DNA of 64,000 nucleotides from the human T2T-CHM13v2.0 reference genome, Homo sapiens. Location: assembly GCF_009914755.1 (NCBI RefSeq), contig NC_060940.1. One strand, written 5' to 3'. The notes beneath the pieces were generated by a model that had not been told where the DNA came from, made no database searches, and was given only the letters and a program-made list of their open reading frames with translations. This document shows positions 29,121-42,820 of the stretch, in pieces; positions within the stretch are counted from its first letter, which is position 1; every line of letters begins with the position of its first letter. A program made the position numbers and the translations under genes.

Positions 29121-29677
29121 TGCTCATGCCAATGGCACATAAAACATATGCTGTACCATTTTGATATTTTTATAAATAAATCTCTGGCTTCATCAAATAA
29201 ATAATTTCATAATTAAAGATCAAGATATCCTGGTTCATCATTCATTCATTTATTGCATACTTGCTCAGTACCTGCAATAATCTAGTCTTTTCCCCAGGGT
29301 ACAAAGATGAAGACATCAGTCTCACCCTTGGAAGCTTTCAGGGTAGAGATGAGGGCAGTATGACTCGAGGTTATTGAGCCCCAATTCTATGGAGGCACTA
29401 CCCTCAGTGGTTTAACATGGATTAACTCCGTAAAATACTTCTCATAGCCTATGAGGAGGGCACTGATGCTGTCTCTATTCGACTGGTGCTAACACTGAAG
29501 CCTAAAGACATTAAGCATCTTGACCAAGATATGACAGTAATAAAGTGGGAGAGTGAGATGTAGAATCTCTGAAACTCTCTCCTCGGCACTACTGCTCCAT
29601 GTGGCGGATGCATAGGTTCCTGGGAAAGCAAGGTGACTCTTTGAGGTAATTGATGGTCTTCAGAGATAATGCTGGGT

Positions 29678-30157
29678 GTAGAAGTTGTCTGCACAGATGG
29701 CCACCAACCATCCCTGCCATCTCTGTGAGGGCACGGCACAGTTTGCATAGAGTTGGAGTACGTTTCCCCATCTCTGAAATCTAGGTGGGCCTGTGCTTGC
29801 TGTGAGCAGTGCGATGTGGCAGAGTGATGTGTGAATTCTGAAATATAGTTCTTTAGAGTCCTGGAAGGTTCCACAGTCATTCTCTGGGGATCTAGCTGTC
29901 ATGTAAAGAAGCTCAGACTAGACACCTGAGTGGGAGACCATGTGGAGAGAGAGAGAAAACCAGCCATCCCCAGACATTCCCCGCAGCAGAGCACTCAGAC
30001 AAATGAGTCACATCACAGCAACATCACCTGGAATAGAGACAACCCGCCTCCACCCAACCTTGCTGAAATTGCAGAACTGCAGGCCAATGCATGGGTGTTG
30101 TCTTAAGTCACTAAATTCTAGGGTGGTTTATTGCACAGAAATATAATAGATAAAACT
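29678..30157 (+). mobile_element. MLT1 (F/G/H-type) MaLR solo LTR
   Basis: agatggccacca...gatgtggcagagtgatg...catgtaaagaagctcagactag...ttaagtcactaaattctaggggtggtttattgcacag. Confidence 0.7.
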
Positions 30158-30756
30158 TTGAGAGAGTTTCTACCTCAACCAAATTCTATTAAACAGAGGC
30201 CCCGAGCTTTGGATGAAGTGTTGGTGATCTGAGTATGGGACCCAAAATTTGCTTCCAGAGAAATATAATGCACATTAGGGTTTTCAACTGGAAGTAGAGC
30301 CCCTTGTGCTTAGAAGGCTCTAAAAAGCAGGCTTAACAGCTGCCTCACCTAGTCTCTCCATAAAAACCAAATGGCTCAGAAATTACTGTAAATTATCCAA
30401 ATTGATTAAACTAATTCAGATTCATAAACCAGGACTTGGATATCTTCAGTGGGTGCATCTGTCCATTTCCCATCAAGTTCAGTGAGATTTCTATTATGTA
30501 TAAAGTACCAATTTGGCAAATTCACACTTACATTTAATTCATGCATAATATTCGTTTCTGAACTTCTTTGCTTTAACAAAGATATAACTGATAGGTATAA
30601 TTTTGAGCCAAAAGAAAGAAATGTTGATATAACAATGCAGATAGCTAGGCATAATGAAAAGAACACCAGCTTTGAAAGCTAAGTCTACAAGTCCCTGTTC
30701 TTCTTTTAAAAGATACAAACTTGTGCAAGTATTTAAAGATTTCTGAGTGTGTTAGG

Positions 30757-31190
30757 TGCTATAGGTTGGCTGACCTGACCCCTTCCTAAGTCCCTTCTCT
30801 GTGGCCACTCCTCAGTTACAGTTGGCCAAGCAGCAACCTCTGATCAATGAAACGAATGTGGAAAAGTCTGCAGGATGGGCTTCTGGGGAGGCTTTGGTTT
30901 TGGTGACATAAAGGGACGATCTCTGCAGTGTGGCTATTCGTCCTCTTGTCCTTCATCCTTTTTCGTCCTGAAAAGTCTACAGGGTGGTGGTGCGGAAAGA
31001 GAAAAAGGGTGTAGTTATTTATTGGCATCGTGTATTCAGAAAGTTCTGGAAGGCTTACCACTAGACTTCCTTGTTATATAGGACAAGTAAACCCCCATGT
31101 GCTTTATCACTTTAAGTTCAGGTGTCTGTTTCTTGCAGCTGAAGGCGTTTTGGTTTTTGCTGTTTCTTTGTTTCCCTCTTAATGATACAT
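30757..31190 (+). mobile_element. Old MLT1 (J/K/L-type) LTR
   Basis: aagtctgcaggatgggcttctgggg...agacttccttgttata...tctgtttcttgcagctgaa. Confidence 0.55.
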
Positions 31191-31505
31191 GAGTTTCCTC
31201 TATGCCCTAATATGTAAAGTGGCTACAGTGATTCCTGCTCTGCAGAAATATTCATAAGAAGTAAATGAGATGATAGCAAGGAAGAAATAAACAGCCATAT
31301 AAAGGCAGGCAGTTGGTGCTATGCTCCCAGACAGGATATTGAGGGACACTTTTGTCTTTGTTTTATTTCAGCACTCTGTTACTATGATTACCTTTCCAAA
31401 TACTTGGCAATTTTTGCATCTTAACTAGGAAAAAGAGTATGGAGAATGAGTTTCATTGAGGAGAGGGAAGTAGAGATTTTTTTGCTGTTAATGTTATAGA
31501 ATCTT

Positions 31506-31668
31506 GAGCTGGATGCTGTGGCAAGAGCTATTTGGGACGCTGAGGTGGGAGGATCACTTGAGGAGCAGAGTTTGAGGCTGTAGTACGCATCGATCATGCC
31601 TGTGAATAGTCACTGCACCCCAGCCTGGGCAACATAGTGAGATCTCATCTCTAAAACATATAAACATG
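31506..31668 (+). mobile_element. FAM (fossil Alu monomer)
   Basis: Retains the 7SL-like gctgtagtacgcatcgatcatgcctgtgaatagtcactgcac; TSD tagaatctt at 31497-31505 and 31669-31677. Confidence 0.85.
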
Positions 31669-32883
31669 TAGAATCTTATGTATTTCTATTTTCCAATCTT
31701 TTGTTAATGCCTAGTTTTTCTAGTGGATTCTTACATATGCATATGCATGTACACATGTGTGGGTATGTATACACACACACCATCTATGAATACAGTGAAG
31801 ATGACACAGCTGAATTTGCCAGTAACAACTCCATGTGTTGGAGCTTTTTGCCAATTTAAATTCTCTGGTTACTTCACTGCAGGTCAGTAATAATCTGTAT
31901 CTCTAAAATGTCATAATTGACCCATTAAGTCATACAATTTTGCTATTTCCAAAGCATAGTTTTACAGTATATGGACTGAGTGGCAAGTTGACCAAAGAGG
32001 ACATTTGTTATTCTTATTTTTAACCACAAATGGGAAATCAGCTTATTCCATAAACCTGGCTTTAGGGAGATTATTTCATTAGATTGCAGGGTAATGTTAT
32101 TAGCAGGCAGAAAATTCCTTTTGGCTTCCGAACACTCTTAATCCAACTCTGGGACTATAATACATTCCTAAGGTATTTTTCATTGTTCTCAATACACTAA
32201 AAACATTGACTTCAACTTGTAAAGCCATAAAATATTTGCAGTTCTTTTCAAGTAACAATACCAGAAAGCCTACATCATGCTGGGTTAATTCTTGTTTTGT
32301 TTTATTTGGTTCCATTTTATTTTTCCCAGAAAGTGGAGTCTGAGATAAACTCAAGCTCCCAGCTTTAGAAGATAATACACAAAGTACCCTTCTATTCATT
32401 TAGCAGTGTGTGCGGAAGATTCAAGGAGGTCTTCTGAGAAAATAAGTCGCACATCCTTCTGGGACCCAGTCATATATCTCACAGTGCATTCTGAGACCCA
32501 GTTGCCTCACTGGGAATCAACAACCTCAACCATTTCCAAGGGAAACCAAGAGCCCAGTGTCACTTGGACAAGTTCCCTGTCCTTGAATTACTTCCCTATC
32601 TAACCAGGAAGCCAATTATTGGTCAAATTTTGTATTTCCAGAGCTCAAGAGTTTTTGGTAATTCTCCAAGGAAAAATCAAAACAAAACTTTTTCAAAATT
32701 ATAAATGTCCTCTGTGGAATTTCTTGCAAGCAAGGGTATTTAGGGTCACAATGTCAAAATGCCCTTAGGACCCAGTGTTATCGTTTTCTTTTGGTTTCCT
32801 GTTCCTGGAAAACTGCTCTCTAGATTGTTTTGATTAAGCCCAGTTTGAGAAGCCAGATTCTTAGCACATTCTCCACCATATTT

Positions 32884-32994
32884 TATGATAAATCTCATTC
32901 AGTTTCCCGTGTAGGGTGGCAAGCTTTATTGCTTAACAAACATTGCATCTACCCTGCCATAATTTATATCTGAATGGGTTTATTATAGGCGTTG
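32884..32994. repeat. Palindromic ancient repeat, MER135-like
   Basis: Outer arms tatgataaatctcattcag / ctgaatgggtttattata and inner arms gtagggtgg / ctaccctgc; resembles the recalled MER135 consensus. Confidence 0.55.
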
Positions 32995-33667
32995 CGTTTC
33001 ATTCATTGTGCAGCTAATTCCATAACATGCTTCCTGCTTTCTGTGTGGCTGTTTGGCCATTATCAGCTTCCAAGACAATTGAATCTTTCCCTTGCAGTTT
33101 CACAAAATGGTTTATGAATATGTAATACAAACTGTGTTAACAAGGCAAATATACTTCATTTCTTTTATGGCTATTTCCAGGCTGTGACTGGGAAGAAGAG
33201 GCATAACAGTGTGTCTCACTTAGGGTATGTTGTGCCCTTAATATAGTAATGCGCTCCCCTTAGCAGGTCTCTTTGAAGGCCTGCATTGTCTTGGAATGAG
33301 CCATGCACTTTTGTGCGGCTCCCTGTGAAATGAGCCCCAGTCGGCCTCCCATGGATTCAATTATCTTCTCTACACGGATGGCACGTTCTCCTCCTTGCCT
33401 CCCCCAAGCTCGCTCTCCTAGTGTGGTCCTACGTGGCAGTCTGACTACAAAATAACTCCATTTGGGCGCCCTGCTGTCATGTTGGGAAGAGAATTGCTTA
33501 TTTTCTGCATATGGCTCCTTCCCTCTGCACTTTTCCCCAGGACCTTCACACCAAAGTCAAGGGCTTGTCCAGCTGAGTGAGAGACATTCTGATCAATGTC
33601 TGCTTTGGAAAGCAAGGGCCCACCTGGTCAGCAGCTGTTTATTATTCCACAGTGACTTACTATTTAA

Positions 33668-33992
<325 letters not shown>

Positions 33993-34546
33993 CTATCCAA
34001 ATGCATTTTCAAGCTCCCTTGCACCCACCACTGGGGTGCGGGGACTGGTTCCCACCTGGGTCACCTCCCTCTTAACAGCATCCAGGAGACCACTTTAAGT
34101 TAGAAATGTGTAAAAGATATGAGATGTGCCCTTTATTCAACACCCATTATTCCAGGGATTTTATATCACCATATTGTTTTTGAAATACGGATTATTTCCA
34201 TTCACAGGTGAAAAAATTGAGGCTCTGAGAACTTGAGAAGCTCCTTTTAGATAACACTTCTAATCTAATGAAGGACCAAAGCAGGGCAGCAACTTGCCAA
34301 TATCTGAAAACAGAATCCATGACCACCTGCTAAACTGACTTCAAATCTGTCCACTGATGTTCATACCCACTACCGCCATCTTTGGTTGAACCAGTATCAA
34401 CCCACCTGGAATATTGGGAAGCTCCTTCCCAGATGCTGTCCCACATCCATTCTTACCGCTATCTGGTCCACACTCCGCCCTGCGGTCAGGTGTTTCTTCT
34501 GAAGCAGCACCGTCTACTCCACTTTCTGCAGTGCAAGGAGTTTTCT

Positions 34547-34712
34547 AGACCCTACTATCCTGTGTGGCAGCCATGAGCCACGTGTGCTTATTGAGTGTTT
34601 GAAATGCAGCTAGTGGGACTGAATAGCTAACATTTTAAATTAGCACGTTTTTAGCCATTTAAAGGGACAGAGCCACACATAGCAAATGGCTACTAAACTG
34701 GACACACAGTTC
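34547..34712. mobile_element. MER3-like hAT-Charlie element within L2
   Basis: gtggcagccatgagccacgtgtgcttattgag..tttgaaatgcagctagtg...agccacacatagcaaatggctactaaactggac. Confidence 0.75.
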
Positions 34713-35164
34713 CAAAGTATAAATCTGACAAAGTCTCACTACAGTGCAACACGATTCAAAATATTCCCATTTCTCTTTGGTTAAGAACCCAAGTCTCTAC
34801 GCCAGCTTGCAAAGGCTGTGATTAATCTCCCACGGACATGTTCTAGGATGAGTATGCACCATCTCCACCTCAGCATCTGTGGACCAAGCCCTCTGCCCTC
34901 CCTCTACTTTCGAAACCATGCCATGTTCCTTTCCTGCTTGGGGCCGTCACTCAGAATATACTCTCTGTGGAATTTTCTCCTGCATGTGCCTCAGCCCACA
35001 CATCAGTATCCTTCTCCTTCAGGGAAGCCTTCTCCAACCAATGATTTTCATCATCTCTCCTGGACCTGCTCATACCATCCTCTTCTCCTTCCTATCACTC
35101 CAGGGCCACATTGTGAAATTATGTATTTAGTCTTTTAGTTTTCTGATTAAAGCCATTCTGCCTC

Positions 35165-35566
35165 TATTTGTTTCTGATTGCTACGTAACAAGGTATCACA
35201 AACTTAGTGGCTTAAAATAACACAAGTTTATTTTCCTACAGTTGTGGAAGTGAAGAGTCTGAAATGGACCCATAGGACTGTGTTTCTTCTGGAGGCTCTA
35301 GGGGAGAATCTGTTTGCTTACATTTCCCAGCTTCTGGAGGCCACCTGAATTATTTGGCTTGCAGCCCCTTCCCCATAGCCAAAGCCTCCTGACCTTTCTG
35401 CCCACCTCTTTTGTCAAAGACCCTTGTGATTGATTGTATCCACCTGCATAATCCAGGTTAAGCTCCTCATCTCAAAGTTCTTCATATCTGAAAATTTTTT
35501 TTTGTCATGTAAGAAAATACAAGTTCTGGGGATTAGGATTTGGACACTTTGAGGGATCAAACCACA
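35165..35566 (-). mobile_element. MLT1 (B/C/D) MaLR solo LTR
   Basis: attgctacgtaaca..tatcacaaacttagtggcttaaaataacaca...ctggaggctctaggggagaatc...gggattaggatttggaca. Confidence 0.85.
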
Positions 35567-35636
35567 CTTCCCAACTTCATTATAAATTTTGCAAGAGCAA
35601 GGTCTAACTACCATTGCCAAGTACGGTATCTGGAAC

Positions 35637-35637
<1 letters not shown>

Positions 35638-35667
<30 letters not shown>
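35638..35667 (+). repeat. (TG)n microsatellite, ~14 units
   Basis: Direct reading. Confidence 0.95.
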
Positions 35668-35669
<2 letters not shown>

Positions 35670-36715
35670 GTGTAAATATGTTCAATAAATGAACAAACAA
35701 ACAACGTAATCTCTTTATCAGAAAGAAAGCACCTTGCAGAAGAAACCACATACCCACAGCTTACTAAGCAACTATGTAGCCCATATATTTTTGGACACTA
35801 CGATTACCACTCCTCTTATACCAACTATAAAGAGAGGGAGAACTACAGCCCCTAATTAGCCTGTCCTCTTTGTAAGGTTTGTGAATGCGTCTGTCTGGGC
35901 TCTGGCCTGCCTTCTCTTTCCTTCCACCAGGCTTGTTCAGCATCACTGTTGCCAGTCCTTGATTGATAACTCACACATTGAATTGATCATATCCTTGAAT
36001 TAGAAGGCAGATGTCACATGAACAGGAATCCAGGCAAATCAAGGCAAACCCCTTGGAAGTGGCCACAGTATTTGGTCTGACCCCATGGCAGCACTTTCAA
36101 AAAGTTGTTTATTTTTTTCTCTGAGGATGTTGGGTGGAACAGCAGAGATTAATAGGTTTCCACAAGCCACAGTGGCCATTTTTCAGATCATGGGTTCATA
36201 TACATCGAAACATACATACACACACACACGCATATTTATGTATAATCTTTTTTAAGGCATACAACAAAAATCTCATGTTGAGAGCTGTTCACCCATCAGT
36301 AAATTTCAATATATATATTCATAAATCGTGCATCATTCAAGAATGCTTTGGAGCTGAGTGGGTATTAAAGTCACCAAATCCAATTCCCTGATGTCTCTAG
36401 CCCCTTCTATTCTCACTGAGGAATCTGGGGTCCAGAGCATGGAATTTGTCACAGGCCTACCCATGTGCTGGTGGCAGGGAAAATAATTTGATTCCCTAGG
36501 TCTGTGCTTTTTCAATAGCCACAGTTTCTAGAAATGATTCCTAGAATTTTGTTCCTTAGGTTTCTCATATTCTGATCTTGTTGTGAATTTGGATTTAGAG
36601 TCTAACAAACAAATCTAGATGAAAAGCTTGGTCCTACTCACTTCCAGTGCTTTTGGCACTGACCAAGTTAACTTCTCTGACCACTTTTTCTTCATGTGTA
36701 AAAGAAAAGAGAGGC

Positions 36716-37086
<371 letters not shown>

Positions 37087-38525
37087 TTAAATGAGACAAT
37101 GCTTGCAGAATCACATTTTACTGTATTTATTGACAGAGCATTCTGTCTCCCTCCTCTCCTTCCTTCCCCTTTGTGTCTGCCTCTTTGGAGACCTGTTCTT
37201 CTCTCTGCAGTATGTCAGTTCATCCCCACGCAATATATATCAAGGACTACCATGAGTCAGAGACTCTGCCAGCACTGGGCAAAGAAGGAAGAAGGCCTTG
37301 TCTGGGACATCATGGTGCTTAAAGTCTAGAGAAGTGTCCAGAGAAGTCAACAAGTGGGAAGGTATGGTGGGTCAGGGTGATTCAGGAGGCACAGCTGGGC
37401 CATAGGAGAGAGAACCCTGCCTAACTTAGGCACCAGAAAGCATCTAGTAATAAAAGTGATATCTGTGCTGACACCTATGGAACATGCAAGTATTAGCATA
37501 GGAGACCAGGACAGTGTTCCCAGCAATGGGACAGGTATGAGTGAAAACCAAGAGGTGAATGGCACAGACCACGGAAGGGTGGAGAGAGAGGTTTAATTGT
37601 GACTGGATCTTGAGTTATGGTGTGGGGCTAAAAGGCAAGACTCAGAGTGGGCAGGGGAGAATGCAGCAGGATTGAGAGACCAGGCCTAGGGTAGGGAAGG
37701 AAAAGAGATCCATGTCCCCTGAGGTCGGTCCATTCCTGCACCTGACACTGAGCTGGGCCTTGAGGATGTAGCAGGGGAGGAAACAGAGCAGCTCCCTGAT
37801 TCCATGGCCTTCCAGTCTCTCAGGGAGCAAAGCAAGAGGCATGGCTAGCATATATGAGGAACTCCAAGCATAGGAGTTACCAGGGAATCAAGTGTGGGGC
37901 TCTGGATCACAGACCACAGGAGAGACAGAGATTTCCAGTAGAGCCCAGCTCCTCAGGCTGCCCTGGAACTTTACAGTGGTCCATGGTATATGGCCTCCCT
38001 GGGCTCTTACATCAGGGCTCACAGAGTCAGGAATGTGGGCTTTTCAATAAAAGTGCAGGCAAAGGGCCCACAGGGAGCCCTGGCTCAAATGAGCTTTTAT
38101 ATTTTTATGTGGAACATAATCACGTTTAGCCATGATCGAGGCTGCCCGTTACTGCTATTAGAGCGTTTATGGTTCTAAGGGGGATATGAGACTTTGACAG
38201 TACGTGCTTGCAACTAAAAGCAACGGGGTGTGCTGAGGCTAGAAGCCACCTTGAAATGCCAGGAACACAGAACTTAGGCTGATGTGCATTGCCTTTGAAA
38301 GCTGGACTGACAGGGCTCGGTGTTCACAGGTTCCAGAGAGGGTCCTCTCAGGAGGGACAGTGGGGTCATAAAAGTAATAACCACCCAATATATGTAGGTT
38401 CTTTGCATGCTTTATTTATCATCTTCAGGATCCCTAAAGGTCTTTCCCATTCATTAGGCCTGTTTTCCATGTGTTGAAACCCAGGCTCAGAGAGCTTAGT
38501 GGTTTCTCCCAGAGGACATAGCAAG

Positions 38526-38984
38526 TGTGTTAGTTTCTTGTGCCTGCCATAACAAATCACCACAAACCGGGTGGCTTAAAGCAATAGAAACTTACTCTTT
38601 CTCATTTCTCAGAGGCCAGAAGTCTCAAATTAAGGTGTGGGCAGCATTGGTTCCTTCTGGGACCCTAAAGAAGAAATTGTCCCTTAGCTCCCATGGCTGC
38701 TGGCACTCCTCCGCGTTCCCTTGGCTTGCAGGTGCGTCACCCTATCTGCTCCTCCCTCCTCACGTGGCTTCTCTCTGCGTCCCTGTATCTTCTGTATCTT
38801 CTCTTCTTCTTTTAAGGATGCCAGCCATAGAATTTGGGCCCACCTTCATGTGGGATAATTTCATCTTGAGATTCTTAGCTGAGATTCTTAACTGACTGCC
38901 TACAAAGGCCCTCTTTCCAAACAAGCTTACCTTCTGGGATTCTAGGTAAACATGAATTTGGGGAGGACACTATTCAACCATGAC
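38526..38984 (-). mobile_element. MLT1C-like MaLR solo LTR
   Basis: tgtgttagtttc..ctgccataacaaatcaccacaaaccgggtggcttaaa...ggggaggacactattcaacc..aca. Confidence 0.85.
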
Positions 38985-39279
38985 AGTAAGTAATGGAGAC
39001 AGGGACTGAGCCAGGCCTGTCTTGGTGCAGCCACCCACACACAGCACACATGGTTGGATGATGCTTCATTTGCTCACAGCCCCTCTGCTTCCCTGTGCTC
39101 CAGAGCCCCCCCACAGCTTTGTCTTACTTCCTCACTGCAAGCTGGCTCCAAACCACTTCTCTCTAGCATAGACCAGGTCTCTGCAGAACTCTCCTTAGCC
39201 AGGGACATAGCCCTGAAAGAGTCACAAAGCCACCAGAAACCCTATAGGGAAACACCATGGTACAGAAAAGAAGCGAACC

Positions 39280-39500
39280 CTACTGCTCTTGGAATGTGAC
39301 TCAACACTGAGTCTTAGCTCTGCTTCTCATAAGCTAGTGACTTTGGGTAAGTTCCCTCACCTCTCTGAGCCTCATTTTCCCTATCTGTAAATTGGGTACA
39401 ACATCCATTAGGTGTGCTTTTTGGAAATAAGCAGGTTAAAGAGCACACAGCTTCTGAAGGTTCCTGGCAAAGAGTAGGGGCTCATCAGATGTTTGCTGCA
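39280..39500 (+). mobile_element. MIR SINE
   Basis: gtgactttgggtaagttccctcacctctctgagcctcattttccctatctgtaaa. Confidence 0.75.
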
Positions 39501-40177
39501 TTTGAATCTATTTGCTTCTCTCAGTGACAGAGGGGGAAAGTGCGACCCCTAAAAAGAGAAAGGTTATTTGGGCTCCGTCAAGTACAAGATAATATATGGG
39601 AGTAGCTGTAGATATAAATGTACATGTATCAGGCACAAGCATACATATATACACATGCATATACCCCAAATGTGTTGAATCATTGTTCTGTGGAAATATC
39701 TATGCCCCATTTATCGACCCATCCATCCATCTCTTCAGTTGAGAGCCTATGCTATGTATCAGATCCCGTGTAAATGCTGCACTTACTTATAGTAAGTAAG
39801 TGCATTTAATCTTCACACCTAACCTTGAGGTCTCTAGTTTCATATCCTATTGTACTGACAAATAAACATAACTTCCCCAAGTTGACTCACCCAGAAAGTG
39901 TCTGGGGAGCAGACAGCATGTGCAGTTACCTCTTCCTGGCTGGGTCAGGAAAAAGTTGAGGGAAAAGGTGGCATCTGAGTGGTGCCTTGGAAAGGCAGCA
40001 GCCACACAGCTCATGAATCATCTGTGGCTCACTATGCGGTGGAGGGAACATGGGAAACAGAGCCAGATAAATTCAAGTTTGTGCTCTGGCTCTGCTGCCG
40101 GCTGGCTCTGTGACGTTGAGGTACTGACTATATCTTTCTGTGCCTTTATTTATTTTGCATATGTTAAAAGTGGATGA

Positions 40178-40450
40178 GGCAGGATATGGTGGTTCACACC
40201 TATATTCCCAGGGTTGGAGGATTGCTTGAGGCCAGGCTGGGCAATGTGGCAAGACCCCATCTCTACAAATTTTTTTTAAGTTAGCGGTTGGGGGGTGGGC
40301 GTGCATGGTGGTACATACCTGTAGTCCTTGCTACTGGGGGAGGCTGAGGCTGGAAGATCACTGGAGTCCAGCAGTTTGAGGCTGCAGTGAGCTATGATCA
40401 CACCACTGCAGTCCAGCCTGGATGACCAAATAAGATCCTGTCTCAACAAA
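40178..40450 (+). mobile_element. AluJ (internally deleted) within a MIR
   Basis: ggaggattgcttgaggccag, gagtccagcagtttgaggctgcagtgagctatgatc; TSD-like aaaagtgg on both sides. Confidence 0.85.
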
Positions 40451-40607
40451 AAGTGGGGTGATAAGAGAACTCATGAGATAAATGTAGGTAAAAGGTATAA
40501 GGATAGAAAACTGTTTGGCAGGACCAGTTAAAGCAGAACGTGATGCACGGGTGTATAACAGAAATGCACATGCGTGTGCATGTGCATGCACATGTGTGTA
40601 TGAAGAG

Positions 40608-41355
<748 letters not shown>

Positions 41356-41887
41356 TACTCCTATGGCACAGCAGCTGGCTTCTAGAACATTTTCAGCAAG
41401 TGCAAGTTTTCTTTTCTTGAATGATTGAATCATCTTGAATGATTGAATCACAATCTCTCCAAGAAAAGAACCCTCCATCTGCATATGATGTTCTCAGTGA
41501 CATCAAGCCACTGGGGCACTCACAATATGGGGAAAGGAGCCATGCAAAGGGCCAGGAAGACACAGGAGAAAGGTCAGAACGTTGGAAAAGAAGAAGGGAG
41601 GCAGGCAGGGGGTCTTTCTCCTATCAGTTTAAGTATCTGTGAGTTCCCGGAGCAGAGATTCCCTGATGAATATAAAAGTAGGCATCTATTTATTAATGGT
41701 GCCATCTATTTTTTTTTTCCCAAAGTTTTGAAAATCAACCTGGACTCTCAGCAGTATCATCCAAATCTCTGCAGATCAAGCCATTGCCCACCTGGCCAGC
41801 TTCCCCTCTGCAGCCTTTTTTTCTCACCCCCAGATAACCAGTCACACTGACCTTTGCCTGGCTTCCATATCTCCAGTTCTCAGCTTA

Positions 41888-42175
<288 letters not shown>

Positions 42176-42570
42176 CCCTCAGGCCACATTAACTTCCTCC
42201 TCCTAAAGGACTCTTTTTCATACATCTGTGTTCTTTTGTCACTTTGGAATTGTCTCAGATTTTAATTCATTAACACTCATTTGTCTCTTTGCTTGTTTAT
42301 TTTCTGTTTCCTCTTCTCCCATGTTCATGTCCACCATTAAGTGCATCATTGCCCCTCTCCAGTGAAAGCCAGCAAGCAACCTTCACACAGCAGCCTCATA
42401 AAAGACAGTCCTTGAATACATGGAATCAAAGGCATCTTAAGTTTGTTCATAGAAACAATAGATTTTCTCCTCCCTTAAATGTTTAAACAGCAAGAGTATT
42501 TTCACACAGGTAATTCCAGATTATACAGATCCTCAAAATCCTAAGTTATTGTAGAAGGGTGTTTGCAATA

Positions 42571-42820
42571 CAGGGGTTAGAAACTATAACGCAGGAACCA
42601 GAAAAGATGTGAATGAATGACAGAGGGCCAGATATCACAATAGGGAGTGGTGGGGACAGCAGCAAACTGAAAGCCAGTACATGACCAAGCAAAATTCAGC
42701 AACTGCCTGTCAGTTCTGTCCAGCTGCTCCCATTTTGGAGTGCAGATGTCTTGTTGCCAGATCCCTCAGTTTTCTAAGAGAGGACATCAAAACCCCACAT
42801 TTTTAATGTCAACTCTACCA
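42571..42820 (+). mobile_element. MER102-like hAT-Charlie element
   Basis: caggggttagaaac...acaatagggagtggtggggac..gcaaactg...tgttgccagatc...ttttctaagaga. Confidence 0.7.
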
